Below are positions 1-13,046 of a DNA stretch of 64,000 nt, in pieces. Made by a program: the position numbers and the translations under genes. The stretch spans positions 16,680,001 to 16,744,000 of the forward strand of contig CM075987.1 of assembly GCA_038087875.1 (NCBI GenBank), in the 5' to 3' direction. This DNA comes from Malacoraja senta. Its lineage: Eukaryota. The notes under the pieces were generated by a model. That model saw nothing but the letters and a program-made list of their open reading frames with translations. It ran no database searches and had not been told where the DNA came from. Numbering within the stretch: position 1 is the stretch's first letter; each line of letters opens with the position of its first letter.

Positions 1-399
1 TTCACTGGAGTTAGAAGGATGAGGGGGGTTCTTATAGAAACATATAAAATTATAAAAGGACTGGACAAGCTAGATGCAGGAAAAATGTTTCCAATGTTGG
101 GCGAGTCCAGAACCAGGGGCCACATTCGTAGAATAAAGGGGAGACCATTTAAGACTGAGGAGAGAAGAAACTTTTTCACCCAGAGAGTTGTGAATTTGTG
201 GAATTCCCTGCCACCGAGGGCAGTGGAGGCCAAATCACTGGATGGATTTAAGAGAGAGTTAGATAGAGCTCTAGGGGGTTAGTGGAATCAAGGGATCTGG
301 GGAGAAGGCAGGCAAGGGTTATTGATTGGGACGATCAGCCATGATCGCAATGAATGGCCTCCTCCCTGCACCTATTTTCTATGATTCTATGTTTCTATG
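1..399 (+). mobile_element. CR1/HER1-type LINE 3' fragment
   Basis: ORF2 C-terminus (RTRGH..FFTQRVVNLWNSLP), 3'UTR and TTCTATG-type tail; closely similar to 57437-57753. Confidence 0.9.
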
Positions 400-1094
400 A
401 ATAGGTAACGTTTCGAGTCGACACCCTTCTTCAGACTGAACCTGAAGGGCTGAAGGGCCTGTTCCTGTGCTGTTACCATTCTATGTTCTGACCGGTCAGA
501 ACGGTCTCTTGCACAAATAACCTGTCAGTTATACAAGCAAATGAGTTTGTACACACTGTGTATGTGGGACCCCTGACAGGAATGCTCCTGAGGCTTGGAT
601 TAAGGAGCACAGGCTGTTCGTTGAGTGTCCCGGCCACAGACTCACATTGCATCTTTAATGCTCTAAATCTGCGGCTTCAATAAGCTGCTGATTCTGTGTT
701 GATTTCCAGTGGAGGATCTGCCAAGCGTCGGTTACACTGGCCCAACGATGCTTGAGGCAATCTAAATCTTGACTCTTTAACAATTTGGCCCGCAGGCCAG
801 GATGATGAACATTATGGGATGATCTGTGGGGTCCAGTTCTGTCGCAGAGACTCCCGTTTCCAAAAAACATTAAAACCTTGTGGAACCTATCATATCCCCA
901 CAGCTGAGTTTCTGCCTCTCATTTATACGACTCATAACCCTTGCTAAAATAAATCATTTTTGTGTTTTGATATTCATTTTACAGCACTGAGCACTTACAC
1001 CAAGATTTATTGCCCAGTCTCAGTTACCCTGAGGTGGGGGAGGTGTTTTGGAGAGCTTCATACCTCAATGATTAGATGCAGCAGTGGGCAACTT

Positions 1095-2240
1095 AGAGAC
1101 ATGGAGGCATATTGCTGTGCAGCACGGAAACAGCCCTTTCAGCCCAGTTTGTCCACGCTGGCTAAGTTAACATTTTGGGGACAGCATTTGCCTGCATTTG
1201 GCCCAGAGCCATCTAAACCCTTTCTACCCATACATCTGTCCAAATGTTTTTAAAAATCTATAATTGTATCCAGTTTTACAGCTTCTTCTGTCAGCTCATT
1301 ACAGATACGGACAAACTTCCGAGAGGAAAACGTTACTGCTGAGATCATTCTTTAATCTCTCCCCTATGCCCTCTAGATTTAGGTCAAAGGTTTCAAAGGT
1401 CTTTTATTGTCACGGTGTACCAATTAAGGTGCAGTGATATTCGTATTACCATGCAGCCATACTAAAACAAAAAGCAACAAGACACACAACTACATAAAAG
1501 TTAACATAAACATCCACCACAGTGGATTACCCACATTCCACACTGATGAAGGCAATAAAATCTAATCTTCCTCTCTCATTTTTCTCCTGCGGTCGGGGCA
1601 GTTGAATCATCCGTCGGGGCGATCGGAGTTCCCGCAGCCGGCGGTCGAAGCTCCCGCCTCGGGGCGGTCGAAGCTCCTGCGGCATGGAGCTCCCGAAGTC
1701 GGTCTCTAACCTGGGACCACGAGCTCCACGATGTTAAAGTCCGCAGGCTCCCGTTGTTGGAGCTCAGAGGTCGATCCCCGACAGGGATCGCCCGCTCCAC
1801 AATGGTGAGTCCGGCAGGCTTCCGCGGTGGAGCTCCCGAAGTCGGTCTCCAGCAAAGGCCGCCAACTCCTCGATGTTAGGCCGCAGTGCGGACGGAGATG
1901 CAATACGGAAAAACAACGGTAAGAAAAAAAGTTTCCCCCAACCCCCCCCCCCCCCACATAAAACCAGCTAAAGAACACTAAAACATACATTTAACACAAA
2001 CTAAAAATCACCAGAGAAGGAAGGGGCAGACAGACTGTTGGCGAGGCTGCCATTGCTGGCCATTGCTCCCTCTACCCTGCAGAAAAGACTCGGAGTATTC
2101 ACTTTATTCATGCCCCTCATGATCTTGTAGACCTCAGCAAGGTCACCCTCAGCCTCCTAGGCACCAGGGAATAAAGTTCCAGCCTATCCAACCTCTCCCT
2201 ATAACTCAATCACGCAGGCCCAGGTGACTTCCTGGGTCCA
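1095..2240 (-). mobile_element. Old CR1-type fragment interrupted by a GC-rich retro-element (about 1381-2060)
   Basis: Degraded CR1 3' sequence lies on both sides. The insert has internal GAGCTCCCGAAGTCGG repeats and a minus-strand AATAAA plus ACCTTTG-repeat tail. Confidence 0.6.
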
Positions 2241-2379
2241 CGGCATTATGTGGCAGCATCTCTTCTGTGTCAGTGTGGCACACTTGAAAGAGTGTTTTAA
2301 AGTAAAGAGGAAGTGGCAGAGGGATGGAGAGATTTAACAGGAGAATTGTTAAGCTTGATCCTCAGGCAGGAAATGTCTG

Positions 2380-2672
2380 TGCCTTTGGCCACCGTGTCCA
2401 CACCGACCATTGATCATCCGTAAACACTCGTTCTAAGTTATTGCACTCGTTCTAAGTTAGCCCACTATCACATCCATTCCCTATGCACCAGGGGCAATTT
2501 ACAGAGGCCAATTAACCTACAAACATGCACATCTTTGCGATGTGAGAGGAAACCCACGTGGCAGCATGGAGATCGTGCAAACCCCACACCGACAGCACCC
2601 GTGGTCAGGATCGAACACGGGTCACTGGCGTTGTGAAACAGCTGCTCTACCACCACTGCCGCTGTGCTGCCC
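2380..2672 (-). mobile_element. HE1-type V-SINE
   Basis: Reverse complement of a tRNA-like head (GGTTCGATCC B box), V core and CR1-like tail. Confidence 0.8.
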
Positions 2673-3092
2673 AATCTGATGGAAATGCACATATTTGTGA
2701 CTGAGTAAATAAACCTTTCATCAAAGCAAAGGCAGCTGAGGGCACGGCTAACAGTGGTGGAGAGATTAAAGTCAGGAGGCCAGACAATATATTGGAGGGT
2801 GGTAGGAAGCATTTGAGAGTCTAGACATGTGGTGGGATGGAGTTGTTGACACAGACTGGGAGAGGATGGAAGTTTCCTTTCCCAAACTGTTATTCAATGA
2901 AGTCGAGGATGTTCATCTTTAAACTTTTTTGAGATTCATGGCTGAAACGAATCACTTTGATTTTTGAAATTCCAGGTTTAAATCTGGGCATTGCCAAGAT
3001 TTGTTACCCTGAGGTGGGGGAGGAGTATTGGAGAGCTTCATACTCAAACTATTAGATGCAGTTGATGTGCTTGCTGGGCCAGTTCAGCAACG

Positions 3093-3420
3093 GGGTGGCA
3101 CAGTGGTGCAGCTGGTGGAGCTGCTGCCTCATGGCGTTAGAGATCTAGGTTCGATCCTGACCTTGGGTGCTGTCTGTGTGGAGTTTGCATGTTCTCCCTG
3201 TGACCACATGGGATTCCTCTGGGTGTTCCAATTCCCTCAACATCCCAAAGACATGTGGGTTTGTAGGTTAATTGGCCTCTGTAAACTTGCACCTGTGTCG
3301 GGAGTGGATGAGAAAGTGGGATAACATAGAATTAGTGTGAATGTTTGATTAATGGTGGACGTGGTGGGCTGAAGGGCCTGTTTCCATCTCTATTTTTAAA
3401 TTCAATTTAATTTAAGTCCA
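3093..3420 (+). mobile_element. HE1-type V-SINE
   Basis: GGTGGCACAGTGG A-box-like head, GGTTCGATCC B box, V core TGTGTGGAGTTTGCATGTTCTCCC, tail. Confidence 0.85.
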
Positions 3421-4092
3421 ATTCAAACAAATAGTACCTTTTGGTGGGATGATGTTCCAAAGTGGCTGTTAATGTGGTTCTGCGCCATAGTAACTGTGTA
3501 CATCATCATATCATATATCATATACTTATTAAAAGCCTGATCTTGTACGTATGTATATGTGTGTGTATATGTGTGTGTATATGTGGTTGTCTTTACATCT
3601 TCGCATAAACACTTTTTTACATATTCTGATTGATTACATTTTTACATATTCTGATTGACATTTTTCCCCTCGAGGCCGAGAGCACCTTCACTGAACAATT
3701 TATGCTTTATTTCTTGACTTATTTCTGATTAAAAGTAAATAAGTTAAAAAATATCAAAAGACTTTGAATTAAAAATGACCAGCTTTCACTGATGACATCA
3801 CAATGGCTCGGCTAGCAGTGACCAGCTTCACTGAAGCTTTCATCCTATATTTCACATTATTCGCGATTAAAGCATTAAAAATGCCAACTTTCACAAGATT
3901 TTTACTGTTAAAATAATTCCTGCCAACCAACACACTTTGATCCAATGTTGCGACACAGGAACACTCTGAACTTTTCACCTCACAGGAGGGGGAGGGCGAA
4001 TTGCTATTGCAACACGCAGGGCAATTGGAATTGGGGGCTACGGGTAGGGAATGGGTGCATTGGGGGAGCAGACGCAACGCGCCTCTCGTCTC

Positions 4093-4187
4093 GTGTGTGT
4101 GTGTGTGGGTGGGTGTGTGGGTGTGTGTGTGTGTGTGTGCGTGCCTGCGTGCATGTGTGCGTGCGCGTGTGTGTGTGTGTGTGTGTG
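4093..4187. repeat. (GT)n/(GC) compound microsatellite
   Basis: Direct inspection. Confidence 0.95.
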
Positions 4188-4599
4188 TTCCACCCCCCCC
4201 CCCCCCCGAATAATGGCAAAAACGTTTTTTTGGACCATCTTACCATTGTCCTGTGTTGTGGTGTATCCAGTTTTGTTCAGATTGATGACATATTTTAAAA
4301 GTCATTCACATTTTCAACCTTTCAATATCCAGTTTGACAAAAATCAGTTCAAGTTGCAGTGGAAGTTTGCAGTTATGACTTCACAATGGGACCTCACTTA
4401 CATAAACTGCCGACTTAACTTTTCACTGTACAATGTTGCACATCACATGACACTGAGTCCTGGCAGCAAGTGCAATTGGATTTTTAAAGTGAAAAGTCTC
4501 TTTTATAACGTTTAAAAAGAGGGAGGGTGAAGAGGAGGGGGAGGGAGTGCTGGGGAATAACGGGAAATGAGCCACCCCTGCTCAGTTGGGGGCAATGGT

Positions 4600-4778
4600 T
4601 GAGTGGTGGAATATTACGTTGGGGGAACGGGTTGCGATGGGGAACGGGTGAATGGTGGAATATTTACCTTGGGGAACAGTTTGCATTGGGGGACCAGGCC
4701 TCCCGTGGGGGCTATGGGTGAGTGGTGGAATATTGCGTTGGGGGAACGGGTTGCGTTGGGGGACCAGGCCTCCCATGT
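4600..4778. repeat. Degenerate tandem repeat (GGTGGAATATTGCGTTGGGGGAACGGGTTGC...) about 3 copies
   Basis: Direct inspection. Confidence 0.85.
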
Positions 4779-4841
4779 GACAGGGTCCCAATGGGTCACA
4801 ATTGGACTAGTTACTGTTAAATCTAATGTCTGTTCCTTCAG

Positions 4842-4951
4842 GGCAGCAACTGATCACAATGTGGACAATACAACTGCCATCCTGAGAGAGTGGCTGACCA
4901 GCGTCCAGAGGTTTTACCACTACGTAGAGTGGAGGCCGATGAGGAGCCAAG
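4842..4951 (+). CDS. CERCAM: CERCAM-like coding exon (homologous exon 2); 110 nt, apparent 1-nt deletion
   Basis: ttccttcag|G GCA GCA ACT... encodes (W)[33 protein letters not shown], a COLGALT-family motif. Donor is AAG|gtatgt. The exon needs 111 nt to stay in phase with the next exon. Confidence 0.9.
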
Positions 4952-5143
4952 GTATGTCCGCCCTGCGTCCTGCTGGGAGCTGGGTGTTAGTGGCAGTGGT
5001 GCACTGTGTTAGGGTGGGAGCTGCTGAGATCCACACTGTTGCATCCTTTGATTCCCAGAACATTGGTCAGGATTCCATCCTGAGCTGATCCTTAGTGGGG
5101 ATAGGAGAGGGGTTGATCAAAGACAATTGTGGCGGCACAGTGG

Positions 5144-5472
5144 TTGGGGAAGTCCAGGACAAGGGGTCACAGTTTAAGGATTAAGGGGAAATCCTTTAGG
5201 ACCGAGATGAGAAAAACATTTTTCACACAGAGAGTGGTGAATCTCTGGAACTCTCTGCCACAGAAGGTAGTTGAGGCCAGTTCATTGGCTATATTTAAGA
5301 GGGAGTTAGATGTGGCCCTTGTGGCTAAGGGGATCAGGGGGTATGGAGAGAGGCAGGTACAGGATACTGAGTTGGATGATCAGCCATGATCATATTGAAT
5401 GGCGGTGCAGGCTCGAAGGGCCGAATGGCCTACTCCTGCACCTATGTTCTATGTTTCTATGTTTCTATGTTT
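5144..5472 (+). mobile_element. Young CR1 3' fragment inserted into a V-SINE head
   Basis: Nearly identical to the 3' ends of 17760-18500 and 41100-43336; (TTTCTATG)n tail. The SINE begins near 5130 and resumes near 5474. Confidence 0.9.
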
Positions 5473-5709
5473 CACGGCACCAGAGACCTGGGTTCGATCC
5501 TGACTTTGGGTGCTGTCTGTGACTGCCTGGGATTCCTCCGGGTACTTCGCTTTCCTCCCACATCCCATAGACATGTGTGTAGGTTTGTAGGGTAATTGTG
5601 TGGAACTCAGCAGGCGGGACAGAAGACCGCTTTGAACTGACTTCCAACTGGACTGCATGGAGCAGCTATAAGATAGACACAAAGTACTGGAGTAACTCAG
5701 TGGGTTAGG

Positions 5710-6040
5710 TAGCACAGTGGCGCAGCGGTAGAGTTGCTGCCTTACAGTGAATGTGGCGCCGGAGACCCGGGGTCGATCCTGACTACGGGTGCTGTCTGTA
5801 CAGAGTTTGTACCTTCTCCCCGTGACCTGCGTGGGTTTTCTCCGAGATCTTCGGTTTCCTCCCACACTCCAAAGACGTACAGGTATGTGGATTAATTGGC
5901 TCGGTAAATGTAAAAATTGTCCCTAGTTGGTATAGGATAGTGTTAATGTGCGGGGATCGCTGGTCGGCGCGGACCCGGTGGACCAAAAGGGCCTGTTTAC
6001 GCGCTGTATCTTTAAACTAAATTAAACTAAACTAAACTAA
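5710..6040 (+). mobile_element. HE1-type V-SINE nested in a minus-strand PLE-derived unit (about 5670-6092)
   Basis: Full SINE with (AAACT)n tail. The flanks join into a continuous PLE terminal sequence. Confidence 0.85.
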
Positions 6041-8319
6041 TCTCAGGAGAAAAAGGATAGGTGACATTTCGGGACGGGACCCTTCTTCAGACTTTGTTTC
6101 TAAATGGAGCAACTGGTGGACTGGAGTCATAGAGTCACCCAGCACAGAAACCGGCTCTTTGGCCCAATTAGTCTGTGCTGCCCAAGATATCTCTGAAAGC
6201 TAGTTCCATTGGCTGAGTTTGGTCCATTTCCCTTTAAACCTTTCTCTGCTGAATAACCATTGATATTTGATCTGGGTGTCTGAGCACCCATATCTTTAAA
6301 TGCATTATTAATGTATTTGTATGATTTGGGTAGAGGTCTGACAGGCGAGCAATTTAGTTTTAACATCTTCCAGCATTGATGGGAGAGATGTTGGGTACAA
6401 TTTCCATCCTGTCTCCCACCCTCCCAAAGCCTAATTTCCTCCGGGCACAGCCCAGGTCAGTAAAGCACCATTATGCAGCTGGGTGGCTTGGTAATAACGT
6501 TGAGGGTGGGAAATGATTCACACCCACGCCAGTCCACTTTATAGTAAGCTGTGCACTATCCCTGACGTCTCCGTACTGAGGGAGTGACTGGTTGGTCAAC
6601 CTAAGGAGTACTAGTTACACTGGTCAACCGGAGGAGTACCTTCAGCAACAGACTAGTTCCACCAAGATGCAGTACAGAATGCCACAGGAGATCCTTTTTC
6701 CCTGTAGCTATGAAACTGTACAACTCCTCCCCTTCTGTCGTGGGGTAGACTGACTCCCCTCCCCCCTCCCCCCCTCCCCTCCCAATCTTTCCACATCCCC
6801 AATCCTTTCCACTCGTCACTTTAATTTCATGTTTCATGTATCTTGTGTTTTATGACAGCTGGCAGACCAATTTCCCTCCTGGGATAAATAAAGTTCTATC
6901 GTATCTCATGGTGTAGAGTTTGCGTGTGACCATATGAGGTTCCTCCGGGTGTTCTGGTTTCCTCCTGCATCTCAAAGACATGCAGGTTTGTAGGTTAATT
7001 GGCCAGTGTAAATTCCTCTGGAGTGCATGTGAAAGTGGGATAACAGAACTAGCATGAACTGGTGATCAGTGGTCGGTGTGGACTCGGTGGGCCGAAGGGC
7101 CGGTTTTTAATGCTGTGTCTTTCAATCAATCAAAAGTGTTTGCGTGTGACCACGAGAGGGGCAGATCGAAGTCTTGCACATCTGCAAATGATATTTACTG
7201 CAGCTGGCAGCTATTGTGTGCTCCTCTGGAGCAGGACGTTAAACAAATTTGTGATGGAAACCATATGTTTTTGGAACAAGATTCTGTTGGAAGGGGTAGC
7301 TCGGGGCTATCTTTTCTGTTTCTTGCCCGAAATAACTCTTTCCTGTCTGCTTGCCCCCCATCAGCCACGAGTTTAATCCCTCCTGTGATCAGGAGCCAGA
7401 ATTACCCTGCCCTGATGGCTAGAGTATTGTCTCCATCTACACTTCAGGCGCCTTGGGAAAGCAGCCAGCTTAATCAAGGACCATTCGCATCCCGACCGTT
7501 CCCTCTTCTCCCCTCACCCATCAGGCACATGACACAAAAGATGAAAGCACATCCCCATCAGATGCAGGAACAGCTTCTTCCCTGCTATTATTGGACCACT
7601 GAATGGTCGTCCCATCAGCTAAGGTGTAGTCCTGATCACCCAACCTGGCCTCTTTTGCTGTAAATAATACTGTAACACTATATTCTGCACTCTGGTATTT
7701 CTCTTTTTGCACTCTCTGTTGCCCTTGTATATGGCTTGATTGCACTCATATATAGTATGATTTGATTTGGCTGAATACCACACAAACAAAAGCTTTTCAC
7801 TGCATCTCGATACACACTGAATAATAAATCAATACCAATCACAATGAGGCATGTTATGGTTAATTTGACTGCTTCATGCGAGGCACACTATTGCATTAGG
7901 TCACATTACAAAACCGCAGAGGCTGGAAATCTGAACTAAAAAACCAGTAACTGCTGGAAACGCCCATCAGGTCAGGCAGCATCTGTGGAAAGTGGAGCTC
8001 TGACCGGAAACGTTAACTTAACCGTTATTCTGTTTGTGTGTGTAATTGAGTGTAAACTGGATGGGTTTGACAGGGCACTGGCAATCCAACCCACCAGAAC
8101 AAGAAGGCACCCCGGCATTTCTAACTGTGATTGCTTCCCCAGTCATAAAGTCATCTTGTTGGGGCAATGTTGGCCTCGGACCTCTCGAACATTCTGGACT
8201 TTAAGCCATTGGTGGGTATTCTCTGAGCTCTGGCATTCCCATCCACCTCCTCTCCACTTCCTTCCCCCTCGCTCCTCACACCCTAACTCTTTGCCCCGTC
8301 TATTTTTCAATCTCAAAAC

Positions 8320-9058
8320 AAGAGTCAAGACAAGTCAAGAGAGTTTTATTGTCATATGTCCCAGATAGAACAATGACATTCTTACTTGTTGCAGCACAAC
8401 AGAATATGATATGACAAACGAGAGAGGGAAAAGAAAAGCTCAGTGTGTATAGATACACATACTCACAACATGCCCATATATATATATATATATACACATA
8501 CACACATACTCAAAAAAACAAACAAAACTCAACAATAATAATAATAGTCTATTGTAGTTCAGAGCCTATATGAGGTTGTAGTGTTTAATTGCCTGATGGC
8601 TGTAGGGAAGAAGCTGTTCCTGAACCAGGACGTTACCGTTTTCAGGCTCCTGTACCTTCTTCCCGATGGCAGCGGTGAAATGAGTGTGAGGCCAGGATGG
8701 TGTGGGTCTATGATGATGTAGGCTGCCTTTTTGAGGCAGCAACTCCAATAAATCCCTTTGATGGTGGGAAATCAGGGCACGTGATGGACTGGGCAGTGTT
8801 CACAACTTTTTGCAGTCTTTTCCGCTCCCAGACGTTCAAGTTGCCGATCCAGACAATGAAGCAACCAGTCAATTTGCTCTCTGCTGCGTATCTGTAGAAG
8901 TTCAAGAGAATCCTCTTTGACATACCGAATCTCCGTAATCTTCTCAGGAAGTAGAGGCACTGATGTGCTTTCCTTATAATTGCATCAGTGTGCTGGGTCC
9001 AGGAAAGATCTTCGTAAATATGCACGCCCAGGTATTTGAAGTTTTTGACCCTCTCCAG
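8320..9058 (-). mobile_element. Rex1/Babar-like (L2-related) LINE 3' fragment
   Basis: ORF 8708-9025 WTQHTDAIIRKAHQCLYFLRRLRRFG..LLNFYR is a post-RT region; (TCTTGAC)n tail. Confidence 0.75.
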
Positions 9059-11254
9059 TGAAAAGATATAACAATGTGTGCATTCCTGGAAAGTCCCTAT
9101 CAGTTTTACCTTGGCTGTGTATAATGCAAAGGATATATCAGATTTCCCTGTTTAATTTCACCATCAGTCTCCAGCTTTCCCCGTGATTAATGCCAGTAAC
9201 TCTGCACTACCTCACACCTCCTCCCAAACTACCTCTGCAGAACTTCAGATTAGTTCTCCAGCTGCCCCTGCCGCCTGCTGTAACCTCACACTTACTCCAG
9301 CTCCCCCCTGTACTATCCCAAGAGAGCGTGGAATTAAACCTCACTGATTTGATCATCCCCTTGAATTAAATCAGTTCCCTTTCCTATGCATCGTTCAACT
9401 CTCTCACCAGCCTTCCTACGTAATCACAGATGTGTTTAACCCATCTGGCTTTCAACCAATTGCCTCTTCCAGGAACATTTACATTCCCAGTTGAAAAGGG
9501 GAACACTCCTGGGAATAGTCCTCTTCTCGCTGCTAAATTCTGTTTGTTTTTTTCTCGATCAAATTGCACAGTTGACTGGACTGTCTTTAACACCAGCATC
9601 AACTTGCAATGTTTGCTCTTCAACACGGTGATCATGTTGATGATTTATAGTTGTCATATTCACTCTCTGAGGTGCGAATGGAATTTAGATTGCATCATTT
9701 ATTGCATTACTGTATATTGGACTGGAGTGCTTGCAAAAGCAGACATTTCACTGTATCTCTGAACGTTGACAACAAATTAACTAACTAACCAACTAAACTC
9801 TGGTGACGTGCCTGTTGCAATGGGAGCTCATCGTTTTCTCTGTGTTCCCATAAGTTAGAGTTTGGTCAGTTTTAGAAAGCTGCCAATCTGTGGACTTGGG
9901 GGAGAATACAGAACGGTACAGCACAGGAAAAGGCTCTTCTGCCCGCAATGTTCATGCCGAACATGCTTCTTTTAAGCTATCTCCTTCGTTTGTACATGAT
10001 CCCCATCCCTCCATTTGCTGCATATCCATGAGCCTATCCAAAAGTCTCTTAAACGCCACTGCCATATCTGCCTCCACCACCACCTTTAAGCTTTGCCCCT
10101 CTCAACTTAAAGCTATGGCCTCTAGTATTTGACATTTCTTCCCTGGGGATAAAGGTTCATTGTCAACCCTATCTACATCTGTCCTAATTTTATATATTTT
10201 AATCAGGTCTCCCCTCAGCCTCCGATGTTGCAGAGAAAACGATCCCAGTTTGCAGGTAGGGTGAATGCACAGAGTCTTTTGCCCAGGATAGGAGAATTAA
10301 GAACTAGAGGGAAAAAGGTTTAAGGTGAGAGGGGAAAGATTTAACAGGAACCTGAGGGGGCAGCTTCTTCATACAGAGGGTGGTGGGTGCATGCAACAAG
10401 TTGCCAGAGGAAGTAGTTGAGTGGGGCCAGTGTAGAGCGTGGCCATGGGATTGGGACCTCTCATTCACCCTGGTTCCTGCGATGCAAGGCGATTACTGAC
10501 GATGATCTGAATCTCCTTCTCTCTTGCTCTTGGCTGTTCTATCTCCAAACGCTCGCATTCCTGGCTCAGAGTCTGATTCTTAGCCCATCTGCTGGGCTTG
10601 TAAAGGGAGACAGGATGTGTAGATCTCTGGCAGCTCACGAGTGCACCGTTACTGGGATGCACCTGCGCCGTTGATATTCCCACAGCTACAAATTTTTATT
10701 CACACGTCTGCTGGCCATGGCACCTGAAGATGTGGAATTGGGGATTCATATCAATGGAGGGTGTCCTATGGTGAGTGTTTCATTGACCTTCTGATCAAAT
10801 AGTTATCATTAGGGACTGCAAAAATGTTTCCGATGTTAATGTTTACTTTTGCTGTAGATAATCCAAACACTGTAGTTTACATTACAGACATTCTCCAGGA
10901 CAAAAGCTTTCAGCTGCTAGAAACTTTCCCTTGTTGTATGTATCTCTGCCATTTGGCTTATTTGATCCCTCTCAGTGTTGCTGCAATTCCTATTCCGTCT
11001 TTCCCTCTGCTGATTCACTCTTTATCCCTATTTGCTGTCTTTTTCTCTACCTCTCTCCCTTCCCCTCCATCAATTCTCATTTATTTTCTTTTTATGTCTC
11101 CTTTCCGCCTCCATCTCCTCTCCCCCCATCTTGTCTCATTTCCTGTTCCCCACTGCGCTTTTTAATAACTAACAATCATGCAGCTTTGAATTACAAAAAA
11201 CTCTGATAAGCTGCATGCCAATGTTGGCAAATCCGGATGGTTCACTGGGTGACG

Positions 11255-11502
11255 TTTCCTATTCTCCTGTTTCTGTGCTCCCACTCACACACCTGGTTCC
11301 TGCACTCCCCTTCCCACAATGGCACCCCAGTTCCACGCTCCTTTTCACACACAGGCGACACCCGTTCCTGCACCATCTTTCACACACTCGGGGCCCCAGT
11401 TCCTGCACTCACTTTCACACGCAGGGGCCGTCACACACCAAGGCCCTGGTTCCTGCTCCCACTTTCACACACTCGGGGGCCCCAGTTCCTGTGCTCCCTT
11501 TA
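11255..11502. repeat. Degenerate minisatellite (CCCAGTTCCTGCACTCACTTTCACACAC-like unit)
   Basis: Several diverged tandem copies visible. Confidence 0.75.
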
Positions 11503-12296
11503 ACATGGATTTAAAGGGGTCGTGGGAGCTCCTACAACCCACCACAGCCCCATTTCCTGCTCCATCTTCAAACTCACCAGGGCCCCATCTTCCATTGTCC
11601 TTTTAACCTCAGCGAGTTTGCTGGACATTTTATTGGAGTTCCGTGTGACATGAATTAAATAGTGAATTATAAGTATGTTGGAGTATTAACTGGTGTACCA
11701 TCCAGTGCTGTTGGCCAGTCCGGTGCCATCAAAGCCATGCTGTATTTCAAGAGGCCGTGGATACTCAGTTCTGGACTTTGTGCAGAGTTGAATCCAATAG
11801 ATTTTTGTACTTAGTGGGATTGAAGGAAGACAGGAATCTGTATTTTATTGAATGGTGGATCAGGTTCCAATGTTTGAATGCCAAAATGGTGCAGATGCTG
11901 GAAATCTGAGATAAATATAGGATAGTACTCAGCAAGCCAAGCAGCATCCGTGGAGAGAGGAACAGATTTAACAGAAAAACCAAGTCAGGATGATGTCAGA
12001 TTTGGCAGGGAATCTTCAGCTGATGTTGTTCCTCTGTATCTATTGCCATTGGCCTTCCTGGGGGGGTTTGTGATGCAATTGCCCACAGAGTCCTATTGAG
12101 GTGTTGCAGTGCATTTTGTAGATAGTACATTGCCGCAATGGTGCAACGGTGATGGAGGAAAATACTAGTGGATGGAAAGCCAACAAAGAGGGTGTCTCTG
12201 CCATAGAAGGACTTCCAGGAGACAGACCTTGCCTTATTAAACGTACCAACCAGCTCATTGCTTCCTGTCTTTAACACTGCATTTCCTCTGCTGTAG

Positions 12297-12414
12297 ATCC
12301 TACCCGAACGAACTGGGCCCCAAGCACTGGACCCGAACCAGGTTTGAATACATCATGAAGCTGAAGCAAGCTGCACTCAAATCTGCCAGGAAACAGTGGG
12401 CTGATTACATCCTG
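12297..12414 (+). CDS. CERCAM: CERCAM-like coding exon 3 (118 nt)
   Basis: ctgtag|A TCC TAC... encodes [39 protein letters not shown]; donor CTG|gtgagc. Confidence 0.95.
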
Positions 12415-12469
12415 GTGAGCATGGATTCTGCCACTTCCCTCTCTGGGGCACTTGGGGTTTCCCAACAAG

Positions 12470-12764
12470 TGGCATGGTGGCGCAGCTGTAGAGTTGCTGC
12501 CTTACAGCGCCAGGTACCTCGGGTCGATCCTGAATGCTGGCGCTCTCTGTATGAAGTTTGTACGTTCTCCCCGTGACCAAGTGGGTTTTCTCCGGGCGCC
12601 CCGGTTTCCTCCCACACTCCAAAGACGTGCAGGTTTGTAGGTTGGCATAAATGTGTACATGTAAAATTGCCCCTAGTATGTGTAGGGTAGTGTTAATGTG
12701 CGGGGATCACGGGTCGGTGCGGACCCAGTGGGACGAAGGGCCTCTGCTGTATCTCTAAACTAAC
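12470..12764 (+). mobile_element. HE1-type V-SINE
   Basis: Same consensus as the other copies. Confidence 0.85.
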
Positions 12765-13046
12765 CTGTAGGTGCTTCACTCAGATCATCCGACCTCAGAG
12801 ATTGACCTGCAGTGGGCACACAAGACCTGTGGACATGAAGGCCAAGCTCTAAGTCATTCGCTGAAACATTCACTGAAAGGTAGAGCACTTAACACCCACA
12901 AAAGGTCCTCCATCATTGTACAAGGCCCCCCTCCGTCAATAATGGTCCCTGGTGAAACTCTGGAAAACATGCACCATTTGCCACATTCAGGAGCAACCTC
13001 TCTGACGAAATTCACATTCACCTTCCGTGTGCCAGCACAGCCTTTA

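Larger units (their letters stand above)
3518..4810 (+). mobile_element. Probable non-autonomous Helitron-like element with internal (GT)n and tandem repeats
   Basis: Starts a|TC-ATATACTTATTAAAAG and ends with a GTGAC..GTCAC hairpin then CTAG|t. No TIR or TSD seen. Confidence 0.5.

Noticed and set aside
3945..4515. Cys/Val- and His/Thr-rich ORFs
   Set aside because: Translations of the (GT)n microsatellite.
5710..5790. tRNA-like sequences (A/B boxes) at many sites
   Set aside because: These are SINE heads that continue into the V core; no complete cloverleaf.
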